Shown here: positions 7,738 through 16,736 of the stretch, piece after piece | Layout: every line of letters begins with the position of its first letter | Position numbering within the stretch: position 1 is the first letter of the stretch | Assembly: GCF_000017945.1 (NCBI RefSeq) | Contig: NC_009776.1 | Location: 1-32,000, forward strand | Source: Ignicoccus hospitalis KIN4/I | GTDB lineage: Archaea; Thermoproteota; Thermoprotei_A; Sulfolobales; Ignicoccaceae | Length of the DNA stretch: 32,000 nucleotides | Direction: 5' to 3' | The notes under the pieces: generated by a model | Seen by the model: the letters and a program-made list of their open reading frames with translations, nothing else | The model's database searches: none | Told to the model about the DNA's origin: nothing | Translations under genes and position numbers: made by a program

Positions 7738-8553
7738 TTGAAGAGGAAGTGGATCGTAGAACTCCCCGGCCACATATACGATACCAAGATAATTGAAGAC
7801 CAAGTCTTGTTGGCGAACGAGAACAGGGTAGTCTCAGTCGACGACGAAGGGAAGGCCACAATCATTTTTACACACGACGCCCCCATATATTCCGTCAAGA
7901 AGACGGGAGACGCGTTACTCATGGCCGCTGAAGACAAGAGGTTAATTATTGTCGACAACAACGAAATTAATGAAGTAAATACTGACTTCGGGCTCTTCTC
8001 GTTAGACTACAAAGACGGAAAGGCGGTTGCAGGGGGGTGCTGCGGAGCCCTCTACCTCATATCTGATGGCACAATAGTCAAGAAAACTAACGTGGGAGGG
8101 CATGTATATGACGTAAGCTGGTGGTCCGACAAGGTCTTGGCCGCAAGCTTTGACGGTCATTTGTACCTCTTCGATAGCGACTTAAATTTCATAAAGAGAG
8201 TTAAAATGGCAGAAAACGTAAACACAGTCAGGCCTTGCGGAGGTTTAGTAGCAGTGGGCACTTTCGAGCCCGGAGGGGTATTTGTACTAGACGAGGACTT
8301 GGAGGTAGTGTGGAGCAAAGGAGGGTACTTGGACGTCCGGCTGGTGGCTTGGAGGGAGGGCTGCAAGGGACTTTACGTAGGCAGTTGGGACGGCGTTCTG
8401 TCGCTATACGACGAACACGGAAATGAGGTCCTAGCCGGAAAGGGGCCCCGCGGGGTCGAGAGCGGCGACTGGAGGGACGGGCGCCTAGCGGTCTCGGGCT
8501 GGGGGCGGACTGAGCTCTACGAAGAGGAGGGGGACGAGCTAGGGGAACGATAA
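7738..8553 (+). CDS. Beta-propeller repeat protein (WD40/PQQ-like), function unknown
   Basis: 271-aa ORF with recurring ~40-aa units of short strands ending in D/G-rich turns (e.g. VVSVDDEGK, LIIVDNN, LYLISDG, LYLFDSD, VFVLDED, LSLYDEHG). TTG start; there is no upstream in-frame ATG. Confidence 0.65.
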   Translation: MKRKWIVELPGHIYDTKIIEDQVLLANENRVVSVDDEGKATIIFTHDAPIYSVKKTGDALLMAAEDKRLIIVDNNEINEVNTDFGLFSLDYKDGKAVAGGCCGALYLISDGTIVKKTNVGGHVYDVSWWSDKVLAASFDGHLYLFDSDLNFIKRVKMAENVNTVRPCGGLVAVGTFEPGGVFVLDEDLEVVWSKGGYLDVRLVAWREGCKGLYVGSWDGVLSLYDEHGNEVLAGKGPRGVESGDWRDGRLAVSGWGRTELYEEEGDELGER

Positions 8554-8557
8554 CGTC

Positions 8558-10516
8558 TCATATGTCGTTCTCCACGAAGACAATACTGTCCCTGATGTTA
8601 GGCGTGTATATCTTCATTCCCCTGGCCACCGTCCTGCTGAGGACCCTAGCTAGGCCCTCTATCCTGCTGGGCTCGCCGTGGTTTAGTATTATATTCTTGG
8701 GCCGCGGGGTTACCGACTTGACCCAGTTTATCAGCTCAGAACGGCTGCTGTGTCCCGAGAAGCCCTCTACCGAGAACACGTGACTCCTAACTTCTAGTTG
8801 GTAGAGCTTGGACTTGCCGTCCTCGTTGATTGCTATCTCGACTCTGTCGGCGCCCTCCTTCAACGTTCGGCCCAAGGTGCCGGCAGCTTGGTAAGCGACG
8901 AACACTATAGAGTTCTTGGGGTCCGGCGCGAGCTTCCGGAAGTACTCTAAGGACGGACCTCCCGTCAACATGCCGGAAGTAGCTAGTATCACTCCCGGTT
9001 CGGACTCCAGTACCTCCTCCCTCGATATGCCGCCCTCTATCGAAACGGACTCCACCTTGTGGACGAAGTCCGCTAGGAAGGGGTTCTCGCCTTTGATTAT
9101 TCTCTCCTTAACGCTTTTCGCCAGCCACTCCGGGTAGGCCGCGTGTATGGCTGTAGCCTCGTACACCATGCCGTCTAGGTATATAGGCACCGCACCTCCT
9201 TCCGGACTCTTGATCAGCTTGTTCTGAACGGCGTCAACCAGCAACAGCAGTATCTCTTGGGCCCTCCCCACTGCGAGCACGGGGATGAGTACGAAGCCTC
9301 CCTTCTCTATTGTTTTGTTTATTATATCTATGAGTAGCCTTTCTGCGAGCTCCCTCGGGGGGAGGTCTTGTGTCCCGTAGGTACTCTCCATTATTACGGC
9401 CTCTACCCTGGGGAATTGAGTGTTAGCCTTGTCTAAGAGTCTTGTGTAGCCATACTTGAAATCACCAGTGTAAACTAAGTTGAACAGCCCCTCGCCTACG
9501 TGGAGGTGCGCCATAGCGCTTCCCAAGATGTGCCCGGCGTTGTAGAAGGTCAACTTAATGTCCGGAGCTACGTCAGTTACCTCTCCGTAGTTCAAAGCGA
9601 TCGTTCGGAGCAACATGCTGTTGATGTCGCTCTCAGTATAGGGGACCGGCTTCCCTTCTTTCCGAGCTACCTCAATGTAGTCCTTCTGTACTAAGTACAT
9701 TAGGTCCCTAGTGGGCTGGGTGACGTAGACCGGCCCCCTATAACCGTACTTGTAGAGCCACGGAACGAGTCCGCAGTGGTCCAAGTGGGCGTGGGTGACT
9801 ATTACCGCGTCTAACTCATCTATGGGGACCTCCTCGACCTTCGGGAAGTGCTTCTGAGGGTCGTAAGAACCCACGTTGGCGCCGAAGTCCAACAGTACCT
9901 TGGATTCTTTCGTTTCTAGCAATATAGCCGAACGACCGACCTCTTTGAACGCCCCTAATGCAGTTATCCTAACATAATTGGTCTTGAACAAGAGGGGTCT
10001 GTGAATCCTGTTTCCTATTTCTAGCAGAGCTTCAAGTCGACGCTTTGTGTTCTCTCGATAGAATGCGCGAATCGTACTGATCACGTTAGACTTCAGCGGG
10101 GGGTTCCGCATGACTACGGGCTTCCAGCCCGTCGCGGTGAGGATTTTCCTAAGCCTGTGACCTCCCTTGCCCACCACGTACCCGGGTTTGTTGGTTATTA
10201 TGATCACTTCGCCGGTGGAAGGCTCGAACTGAAGCTCGACGATCTCGCCGCCCTCCCCGACTATCTTGTTTATCAGCTCGGCAGCCTCTTTCCTAGGCTT
10301 GCGTGCGCTCTCGTCGGGCTTAACTACTATCTTTTTGCGCACCGCCCTCGCGACCTTCCTAATCATTTCTGGATCTTCGTAGACAGGGAGCAGGTTCTTA
10401 GCATAGACCACCACCTCCGGACCTTCGTACTCTATCTTTACGATCTCAAGTTCCTTAGGTAATAGTGACTTTATCTTATCGGCCAAGTTTACCAGGTTGT
10501 CGTCGACCTTACTCAT
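8558..10516 (-). CDS. fttA: aCPSF1 (KH + metallo-beta-lactamase + beta-CASP ribonuclease; archaeal termination factor FttA)
   Basis: 652-aa ORF. N-terminal KH-like region (GYVVGKGGHRLRKI), MBL motif VTHAHLDHCG, and a beta-CASP C-terminal half ending in HGEP. Confidence 0.93.
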   Translation of the reverse strand: MSKVDDNLVNLADKIKSLLPKELEIVKIEYEGPEVVVYAKNLLPVYEDPEMIRKVARAVRKKIVVKPDESARKPRKEAAELINKIVGEGGEIVELQFEPSTGEVIIITNKPGYVVGKGGHRLRKILTATGWKPVVMRNPPLKSNVISTIRAFYRENTKRRLEALLEIGNRIHRPLLFKTNYVRITALGAFKEVGRSAILLETKESKVLLDFGANVGSYDPQKHFPKVEEVPIDELDAVIVTHAHLDHCGLVPWLYKYGYRGPVYVTQPTRDLMYLVQKDYIEVARKEGKPVPYTESDINSMLLRTIALNYGEVTDVAPDIKLTFYNAGHILGSAMAHLHVGEGLFNLVYTGDFKYGYTRLLDKANTQFPRVEAVIMESTYGTQDLPPRELAERLLIDIINKTIEKGGFVLIPVLAVGRAQEILLLLVDAVQNKLIKSPEGGAVPIYLDGMVYEATAIHAAYPEWLAKSVKERIIKGENPFLADFVHKVESVSIEGGISREEVLESEPGVILATSGMLTGGPSLEYFRKLAPDPKNSIVFVAYQAAGTLGRTLKEGADRVEIAINEDGKSKLYQLEVRSHVFSVEGFSGHSSRSELINWVKSVTPRPKNIILNHGEPSRIEGLARVLSRTVARGMKIYTPNIRDSIVFVENDI

Positions 10517-10526
10517 GATCGTTCAC

Positions 10527-10958
10527 CTATACCTTATACCTTCTGAGAAGCTCCACTATGAGCCAAGGCCTCGTAGGCCCCTTAGGCTCGGATCCGCGTG
10601 CCGCCTCCCTAGCACGGTTAATTAGTTCTTGAGGCACCTCCCCTTCCAGTTTAACTGAGCTCAGGGCCCGGCCTAGCCTCCATAGAGTCCTTTCGACCTC
10701 TCTCCTCACTTCCCTTAGCTCGTCATTTATTACATCCGACATCCAAGGCTTAACCACGAGTTCTTCGCGCAGTATTTTCTCCAACTTCTCTAATTTAGAG
10801 AGCCATTTGAGCGAGTCATACGCTATTATTAGAGCTTCCTCCTCGTCCATCTTAACGTCGCTCTGGGGATAAGCGATAACCACCTCGTCGTCTTCGACCC
10901 TCTCCTCGTCTTCCTCAGCCACTATTTCGGCCTCGTGAACTTCATTTTCTTCCATCAT
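10527..10958 (-). CDS. Hypothetical acidic / coiled-coil protein
   Basis: The ORF is open to 11030, but that extension overlaps the moaB start. ATG-ATG at 10958/10955 gives MMEENEVHEAEIVAEEDEE.... It lies 10 nt upstream of aCPSF1 on the same strand. Confidence 0.55.
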   Translation of the reverse strand: MMEENEVHEAEIVAEEDEERVEDDEVVIAYPQSDVKMDEEEALIIAYDSLKWLSKLEKLEKILREELVVKPWMSDVINDELREVRREVERTLWRLGRALSSVKLEGEVPQELINRAREAARGSEPKGPTRPWLIVELLRRYKV

Positions 10959-10983
10959 CCGAGCCACCTCGGAGAGCGATAAG

Positions 10984-11508
10984 ATGCACGAGCACGAACG
11001 CTTCGGGCCGGAAAGGGTCCGCTTCGGCATAGTAGTAGTCTCGGATGCAGTTTATGAAGGGCGCAGAGAGGACGTCAGCGGCAAGTTGGCCAAAAAGATT
11101 ATTACTGAGAGTGGCCACGAGGTAACGTATTTCTCACTCATACCCAACGATAAAGGAGCCATCCTCAACGTCCTCGAAGAAGCCAAGGAATCGCCAGTAG
11201 ACGTGATCGTATTTGTGGGGGGCACGGGATTGGGACCCAACGACCTAACGGTAGACGTCGTCGACCGAGTGGCCGACAAGGAGGTGCCGGGCTTCGGCGA
11301 GCTCTTCAGATACATCACGTTTCAAAAGAGGGGATCCATAGCCATCCTCACGAGGGCTGGCTTGTGGGTCTACTCGAAACTGCTCATATTGGTCACGCCG
11401 GGAAGCCCCGACGCAGTAGAGACTGCCCTTCAACTATTCTTGCCCGTAGCGAGACACGCCGTAGCGGAGGCGAGGGGACTGCGCCATGGCATGCCCAAAG
11501 GAGTTTGA
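10984..11508 (+). CDS. moaB: Molybdenum cofactor biosynthesis protein B (MoaB/MogA family)
   Basis: 174-aa ORF. FGIVVVSD..., FVGGTGLGPNDLT (GGTG motif) and PGSP near the C-terminus. Confidence 0.85.
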   Translation: MHEHERFGPERVRFGIVVVSDAVYEGRREDVSGKLAKKIITESGHEVTYFSLIPNDKGAILNVLEEAKESPVDVIVFVGGTGLGPNDLTVDVVDRVADKEVPGFGELFRYITFQKRGSIAILTRAGLWVYSKLLILVTPGSPDAVETALQLFLPVARHAVAEARGLRHGMPKGV

Positions 11509-11920
11509 ATACCTTCCACACACTGCAGACATCATTGTGGTAGGCTATGGAGAAACTCTGGAAGAGGCGTTCGCTAATGCAGCCAAGGGAGTTTTCAACA
11601 TAATTACTGACGTGAAGAAGGTAGAGCCCAAAGAATGTAGAGAGGTGATCGACGAGGCAGATGACCTCGAGCAAGCATTATATAAGTGGATAGACGACCT
11701 CCTACTGTACTTCGACGCAGAAGGTATGGTGTTCTCGAAATTCGAACTTGAGCTGAAGGAAGAGGAAGGGAAGGTCAAGATTCATGGAAAGGCGTGCGGT
11801 GAGAAGTTCGATCCCTCTAAGCACGAGTACGGCACCATAGTTAAGGCAATGACGTATGCAGAAATGGAGATAAAGAAGGAAGGTGAATGTTGGAAGGTTA
11901 AATTCGTAGTCGACATATGA
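11486..11920 (+). CDS. Archease (activator of the RtcB tRNA ligase / tRNA m5C methyltransferase chaperone family)
   Basis: 144-aa ORF starting MACPKEFEYLPHTADIIVVGYG, which contains the hallmark F-x-x-x-x-HTAD motif. It overlaps the moaB 3' end by 23 nt. Confidence 0.9.
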   Translation: MACPKEFEYLPHTADIIVVGYGETLEEAFANAAKGVFNIITDVKKVEPKECREVIDEADDLEQALYKWIDDLLLYFDAEGMVFSKFELELKEEEGKVKIHGKACGEKFDPSKHEYGTIVKAMTYAEMEIKKEGECWKVKFVVDI

Positions 11921-11945
11921 GTGGGGTCGCTAACACGGGTCGTCA

Positions 11946-13400
11946 TCATCCGTCAGATCCGTGGCGAGCGCTCATCCCCAGCTCACTTTCTATCATTTGG
12001 CGCACCGTACGCGGGTCCGCCTTCCCTCTCAAGGCCTTCATCACTTGTCCGACTAAGAAGTTTATAGCTTTAGGATTCTTCTTCGCATCCTCGACCGCCT
12101 TCGGATTTTCTCTCAAAACCTTCCTTACGATACTAAGTATCTTATCCACGTCCCTAACTACACCTAATCCCTTTTCCTCGATTACCCTTGAGGGCTCCTT
12201 ACATTCTCTAAGCATGGAAGGCAGCACCGTTTCCCTAGCTTGCTCCAACGTGATCTTTCCTCGGTCAACGTAGGAGAGGAGCTCAGCTAACCACTCGGGT
12301 TTGACACACTTCCCCAAAGGAAGGCCGAGCTCCTCTACCCACCTAAGGTAGTCAACTACCAACAAGCTCGCTAGCCTCTTGTAATTAGTGTAGAGCTTGG
12401 CGGCCTCTTCGAACAGGTCTGCCAACCTCTTGTCCCTTATGACCAGAACGGAAGCTAGGTACTCGCTCAAGGAGTATTCCTTTATCATTCTCTTAATCCT
12501 TTGATCTGGGAGCTCGGGGAGCTCCCTTTTCGCTTGCTCGAGGAGTCCCTCCTCAATTAAGTAGGGCGGGATGTTGGGTTCCGGCATATACCTATATTCT
12601 TCTTCCAACTCCTTGCTCCGCGCGCCCACGGTCACCCTCCGCTCCGCGTCCCAATGCCTAGTCTCCCTCTCCACCCTCCCACCTTGGTCTAACAATGTGC
12701 TCTGCCGCGTTATTTCGAACTTTAAAGCCTTCTCCACGTCCTTAATAGAGCCTATGTTCTTTATTTCGACCCTCTCGCCGCCCTCTACGCTCACGTTGGC
12801 GTCTACCCTCATAGCGCCCTCCAGCTCACAATCACATATCCCCAAGTGTTCCACGAGGCTCCTCAGCTTCTCTACGAAAGCTCTCGCCTCCTCGGGCGTC
12901 TCCATGTCTGGCTCGGTGACCAGCTCTATCAGAGCTATGCCAGACCTGTTGTAATCCACTAGCACGTACTCCGACGCCTTCCCACGAGGCCAAACTATCC
13001 TTCCGGGGTCCTCTTCCAACTGCAACCTTCGAATTCGAACGACTTTCTCCCTTCCATCAACCCTCATAACCAATTGCCCGCCCTGGCAGACGGGCGAGGA
13101 GCCTAGGGACGTGAACTGGGTAATCTGATAGCCCTTGGGCAAATCCGGGTAGAAGTAATGTTTCCTCGCGAACACCACCTTTCGACTCACTTTACCATTT
13201 AAGCTCAAACAGAGAGTTAAGGCCATCTTCACGGCCTCCTCGTTGAGCTTCGGGAGGGCTCCAGGGAGGCCCAGACAGACTGGACAGACTACGGTGTTTG
13301 GGGGTTTGTCCCTATAGTCTGAAGGGCAAGAACAGAAGAGCTTAGTCTTAAGTTTGGTCAGTTGAATGTGTACTTCCAGACCTATCTTCGCTTTCCTCAT
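11946..13400 (-). CDS. gatB: Asp-tRNA(Asn)/Glu-tRNA(Gln) amidotransferase subunit B
   Basis: 484-aa ORF. N-terminal IGLEVHIQL...KLFCSC, ALPKLNEEAV, DYNRSG and a YqeY-like C-terminal tail. Confidence 0.95.
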   Translation of the reverse strand: MRKAKIGLEVHIQLTKLKTKLFCSCPSDYRDKPPNTVVCPVCLGLPGALPKLNEEAVKMALTLCLSLNGKVSRKVVFARKHYFYPDLPKGYQITQFTSLGSSPVCQGGQLVMRVDGREKVVRIRRLQLEEDPGRIVWPRGKASEYVLVDYNRSGIALIELVTEPDMETPEEARAFVEKLRSLVEHLGICDCELEGAMRVDANVSVEGGERVEIKNIGSIKDVEKALKFEITRQSTLLDQGGRVERETRHWDAERRVTVGARSKELEEEYRYMPEPNIPPYLIEEGLLEQAKRELPELPDQRIKRMIKEYSLSEYLASVLVIRDKRLADLFEEAAKLYTNYKRLASLLVVDYLRWVEELGLPLGKCVKPEWLAELLSYVDRGKITLEQARETVLPSMLRECKEPSRVIEEKGLGVVRDVDKILSIVRKVLRENPKAVEDAKKNPKAINFLVGQVMKALRGKADPRTVRQMIESELGMSARHGSDG

Positions 13401-13752
13401 GTCCTTCGACGCCCTCGCTCTCCCCTTTCTCGCTCTTTTCTCCCTCGCCCTCTAGACACTCTATGACTTTTTCCAGTAGGCCAGCGTATTGGAGCACCAA
13501 CTTCGCGCCCTTCTCGGTTAAGGCAACGTTCATCTGAGGGTGGCGGCCTAAACTGTACTTCACTTTCACTAAACCCTCTTCTTGCATCTCCTTCAAGTGT
13601 TTCCAAACTGTCGACTTCGTTAACCCCAAATGTTTAGCAATGTCGCCCAATTTGCTCCACTTGTTAACCATAAGGTAGAACAGTATCGCCAGTCGAGTGG
13701 TGGTCACCTTGAGAGAGCCGAACTCTTTTATTAGCTCTCTGCACTTTGACAC
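13348..13752 (-). CDS. Winged-helix transcriptional regulator (ArsR/TrmB-like) with an acidic Glu/Gly/Ser tail
   Basis: RLAILFYLMVNKWSKLGDIAKHLGLTKSTVWKHLKEMQEEGLVKV fits an HTH plus wing. GTG start. The 3' end overlaps the gatB start by 53 nt. Confidence 0.7.
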   Translation of the reverse strand: MSKCRELIKEFGSLKVTTTRLAILFYLMVNKWSKLGDIAKHLGLTKSTVWKHLKEMQEEGLVKVKYSLGRHPQMNVALTEKGAKLVLQYAGLLEKVIECLEGEGEKSEKGESEGVEGHEESEDRSGSTHSTDQT

Positions 13753-14405
13753 AACGTCACCCCCACGACGTTTATTCCTAAAATCACAAAGACGTCAGAT
13801 ATTGAAAGGGCCCCGCTTACTATTAGTTCGGAAGGTCTCTTAGCTATGAAGTACATCGCAATAACGTCTATAATAGATGCGAGAGAGGCGAAGAGTGCTC
13901 CCAAGGCCATCGATTTAGGTCTTATTATCAGCGAATACAACAAAGAATTTGAAATGATAAGCACTATGACGAGGGACAGCGTCGTCAAGTTCCACATGCC
14001 GGTGGCAAGGGATATGTATGATAGAACGAGAAGCGTTGCTGCGACTAGGAAGAGGCCAACGGTTGTAAGAGTATAGAGTTTATTTAGTGAAGCTTTATCC
14101 TCCAAGAGCTTGACCAATTCCCAGTTAACCCTTATAGCGTACGAGACGTTCTCGGCCACCCGGTCTACAGCCAGCGCGAAGAGTAAGAGAACCCTCAAGA
14201 CCAAGAAGACGAGGATCCCGACCAAGCTAGAACCCTCGGCGAGGCTGGGCGTTATCAACAAGTCGAGGAGGAGGACCAGCGTTATGACGAACGACCAGTA
14301 GCTGGAAGCGTTCCTACAGACTTCTAACTTGGAGATCTGTGCGATTGTCTTAGAGAGGGGGCCTATGGCCATTATGCTTGCTCCGAGGACGCCGGGATGA
14401 AACAT
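13731..14405 (-). CDS. Integral membrane protein, function unknown
   Basis: 224-aa ORF with several long hydrophobic segments. ATG start. It overlaps the downstream regulator gene by 22 nt. Confidence 0.7.
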   Translation of the reverse strand: MFHPGVLGASIMAIGPLSKTIAQISKLEVCRNASSYWSFVITLVLLLDLLITPSLAEGSSLVGILVFLVLRVLLLFALAVDRVAENVSYAIRVNWELVKLLEDKASLNKLYTLTTVGLFLVAATLLVLSYISLATGMWNLTTLSLVIVLIISNSLLYSLIIRPKSMALGALFASLASIIDVIAMYFIAKRPSELIVSGALSISDVFVILGINVVGVTLCQSAES

Positions 14406-14446
14406 ACCTACAAAAGCTTTCTCAAGGAGGGCCGAGAGGGTGAGAT

Positions 14447-16678
14447 TTGAAATATATCTTAAAGGAACACAAGAAAACAGTCGTTCTGATAGTAACCATC
14501 TTGATCATAGCATCATCCTTCTATGTTAGGCTGATTCCGTACTTCAAGTATTCTCGTTATGGCATCTGGCTTCAGTACGACGACAGCATGTTCGAGTATT
14601 GGCTTTCCAAAACTCTTTACGAAAAGGGAGTTGGTTACTGGTACCAACTGACGCCCGAGAACACTAGACACTTGTGGTGGTGGCCGGAGGGAAGGGACGT
14701 TAGGAGGACCGAAACCCCGGGGTTGTCCTTCACGGGGGCGCTCTTATATCCCGTGGCGAAGGCTTTCAACTTAAGGCTAGTGGACTGGGTGGGGATAATC
14801 CCGGCCTTCTACGGCACGTTAGCTACGGCCGCGTCGGCCCTCTTGGGCTACACCATAGGGGGTCCAGCGCTCGCCGTTTTGATGGCGACGTCGACGGGAT
14901 ATCAATACGCCTTCATGCAGAGGAGCATTTCGAGTTTCGTAGAGAAGATGGCGCCGTGTATGTTCTTTGGAACGCTCTTCTTAGTGACTCTGGCGCTCTT
15001 GTTGAAGAGGTCTAACCTCGACGTACCCGCAGCGGCGCTCCTCGGAGCCCTCGGGGGAGGCGCTCTAATGCTCGCTTCGGCCTTCTGGGGCGGCTTCCTA
15101 GCGTTCTTGGCGGTTACTCTGATCTTCTCGATGCTAGTATTGTTCTTCACGGACAACGAAGCCGTTCTCAAAAACCTCATCATATTCTTAGCCGCGTCCA
15201 CAATAACTTTCCTAGTCACCTCGAAATGGATAACAACTATTTGGATGCACAAGACTTGGGCCTTCACACTGCTTCTCTACTCGCTCTCAATGGTTTTCGC
15301 GGCGGCAGAGCTTTTGGTGCTGAAGAAGTTCGACGAGGAGAAGAGGCTTAAGCTCTGGAGCGTCACGTTGATAGCCTCAATAATTGCAATGATACTGATA
15401 GTTACTCACCCCTACGTTTTGAGGACGTATCTTAACGCAAGGTACATAATGATGGTAATGCCGTGGACTAGAAGGATAGAGAGCCCGCTGGCGAGGAGCG
15501 TGGCAGAACACCAAGGCATATTTAACGTCTTTGCGCCCAACGACTTGATAAACGTCCTCGGTATAGGCCTCGCCGCCCCTCTCGCCTTACTGATTGCAGT
15601 ATACTATTACTTCAAGGGTCAAAAGGACGAGCTCCTACACGCCCTCCCTATAATAGCCTTGGGGGTGTTCGCTACGTACTTAGTCCTTACAAACGTATCA
15701 GTTTACATGCTCACGACGGTTGGTTACCTAAGCGCGATAGCCGGCGCGCTGGCCTTGTATTGGGCTTTGAAGAGCACAACTCTCGACACGGGCAGCTTGG
15801 CAAAGCTCCTCTGGTCCACAATAGCGTTAATCGCGGCGGTACTTTTGATAAGTGGGTCTTACACCGGGATCAATTACGCTTTAAACTATCCGCCGCCATC
15901 CTTCCTCTCCGCCGGTACCGCCTTCTACAGCCCCCTATTCCCAGACACCATGAAAGTGATCGAAAGTAAGTGTAAGTTCGTCTTGGCGTGGTGGGACTAC
16001 GGCTACATGATAGGTACCGTAGCTAACAGAACCACCGTGGTCGACCCGGCCACTCTCAACTCCACAAAGATAGCCCAGGTAGCGAAGGCGCTCATAGGCA
16101 ACGAGAACGACTTGTTGAAGGTTCTGAACGAGTTTTACCTTCCGAAGGAGAACACATGCATATTCACTTACGAAGTCTTTCCGCTCCTCTCAGACAAAAC
16201 TGTAATCTTAATACCCCAAGCCGGAGACTTCGCCAAGTCTGTATGGATGTTCAGAATAGCGGGGTTCGACGACACCACCATATTTAGCAAGTACATAAGG
16301 CTCAAGTACGTCGTGATCGGGACGACGGAGGACGGGCGTAGGGTTACCTTGATAGTCGATAGCCCCAACGACGTCGTTCCCACCCAGAGAGGCGTCTTAG
16401 TGAGGACCCCCCAAAGGGGCTCGGTACTGTTGAGAAGTGTAGAAGCAGTGACCTCGCGTCCCCTCTACGACATAGAGGAAGTGAACCTCTACAAGATGAT
16501 ATACTTAGGCTTGAAGAAAAAGGGCTTTACAGTGCTCGACTCCTTAGGACGCAAGCTGAACATGAACGTGGACTTCAGGCACTTGAAACTGGAAGAGGTA
16601 GTGGTGGACAGACTTTACCTCTCGAACAACAGAACTCTTCCATTCGTGGGGGTCGCTGTCGTTTACAAGTTCCGTTAA
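14447..16678 (+). CDS. aglB: Archaeal oligosaccharyltransferase AglB (STT3 family)
   Basis: 743-aa ORF. Multi-spanning hydrophobic N-terminal ~480 aa followed by the diagnostic WWDYG motif (LAWWDYGYMIG). TTG start preceded by GGGTGAG. Confidence 0.9.
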   Translation: MKYILKEHKKTVVLIVTILIIASSFYVRLIPYFKYSRYGIWLQYDDSMFEYWLSKTLYEKGVGYWYQLTPENTRHLWWWPEGRDVRRTETPGLSFTGALLYPVAKAFNLRLVDWVGIIPAFYGTLATAASALLGYTIGGPALAVLMATSTGYQYAFMQRSISSFVEKMAPCMFFGTLFLVTLALLLKRSNLDVPAAALLGALGGGALMLASAFWGGFLAFLAVTLIFSMLVLFFTDNEAVLKNLIIFLAASTITFLVTSKWITTIWMHKTWAFTLLLYSLSMVFAAAELLVLKKFDEEKRLKLWSVTLIASIIAMILIVTHPYVLRTYLNARYIMMVMPWTRRIESPLARSVAEHQGIFNVFAPNDLINVLGIGLAAPLALLIAVYYYFKGQKDELLHALPIIALGVFATYLVLTNVSVYMLTTVGYLSAIAGALALYWALKSTTLDTGSLAKLLWSTIALIAAVLLISGSYTGINYALNYPPPSFLSAGTAFYSPLFPDTMKVIESKCKFVLAWWDYGYMIGTVANRTTVVDPATLNSTKIAQVAKALIGNENDLLKVLNEFYLPKENTCIFTYEVFPLLSDKTVILIPQAGDFAKSVWMFRIAGFDDTTIFSKYIRLKYVVIGTTEDGRRVTLIVDSPNDVVPTQRGVLVRTPQRGSVLLRSVEAVTSRPLYDIEEVNLYKMIYLGLKKKGFTVLDSLGRKLNMNVDFRHLKLEEVVVDRLYLSNNRTLPFVGVAVVYKFR

Positions 16679-16736
16679 GCGCTGACGACTAAGGTTTTTG
16701 AAAGCGGAAGCGGCGGGAGTCGCGTGGAAGGAAGTA

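Noticed and set aside
12571-12954. 127-aa ORF antisense to gatB. The antisense ORFs at 5999-6391 (topA), 14902-15267 (aglB), 16544-16915 and 11545-11778 are similar.
   Set aside because: All lie inside stronger opposite-strand genes and have low-complexity translations.
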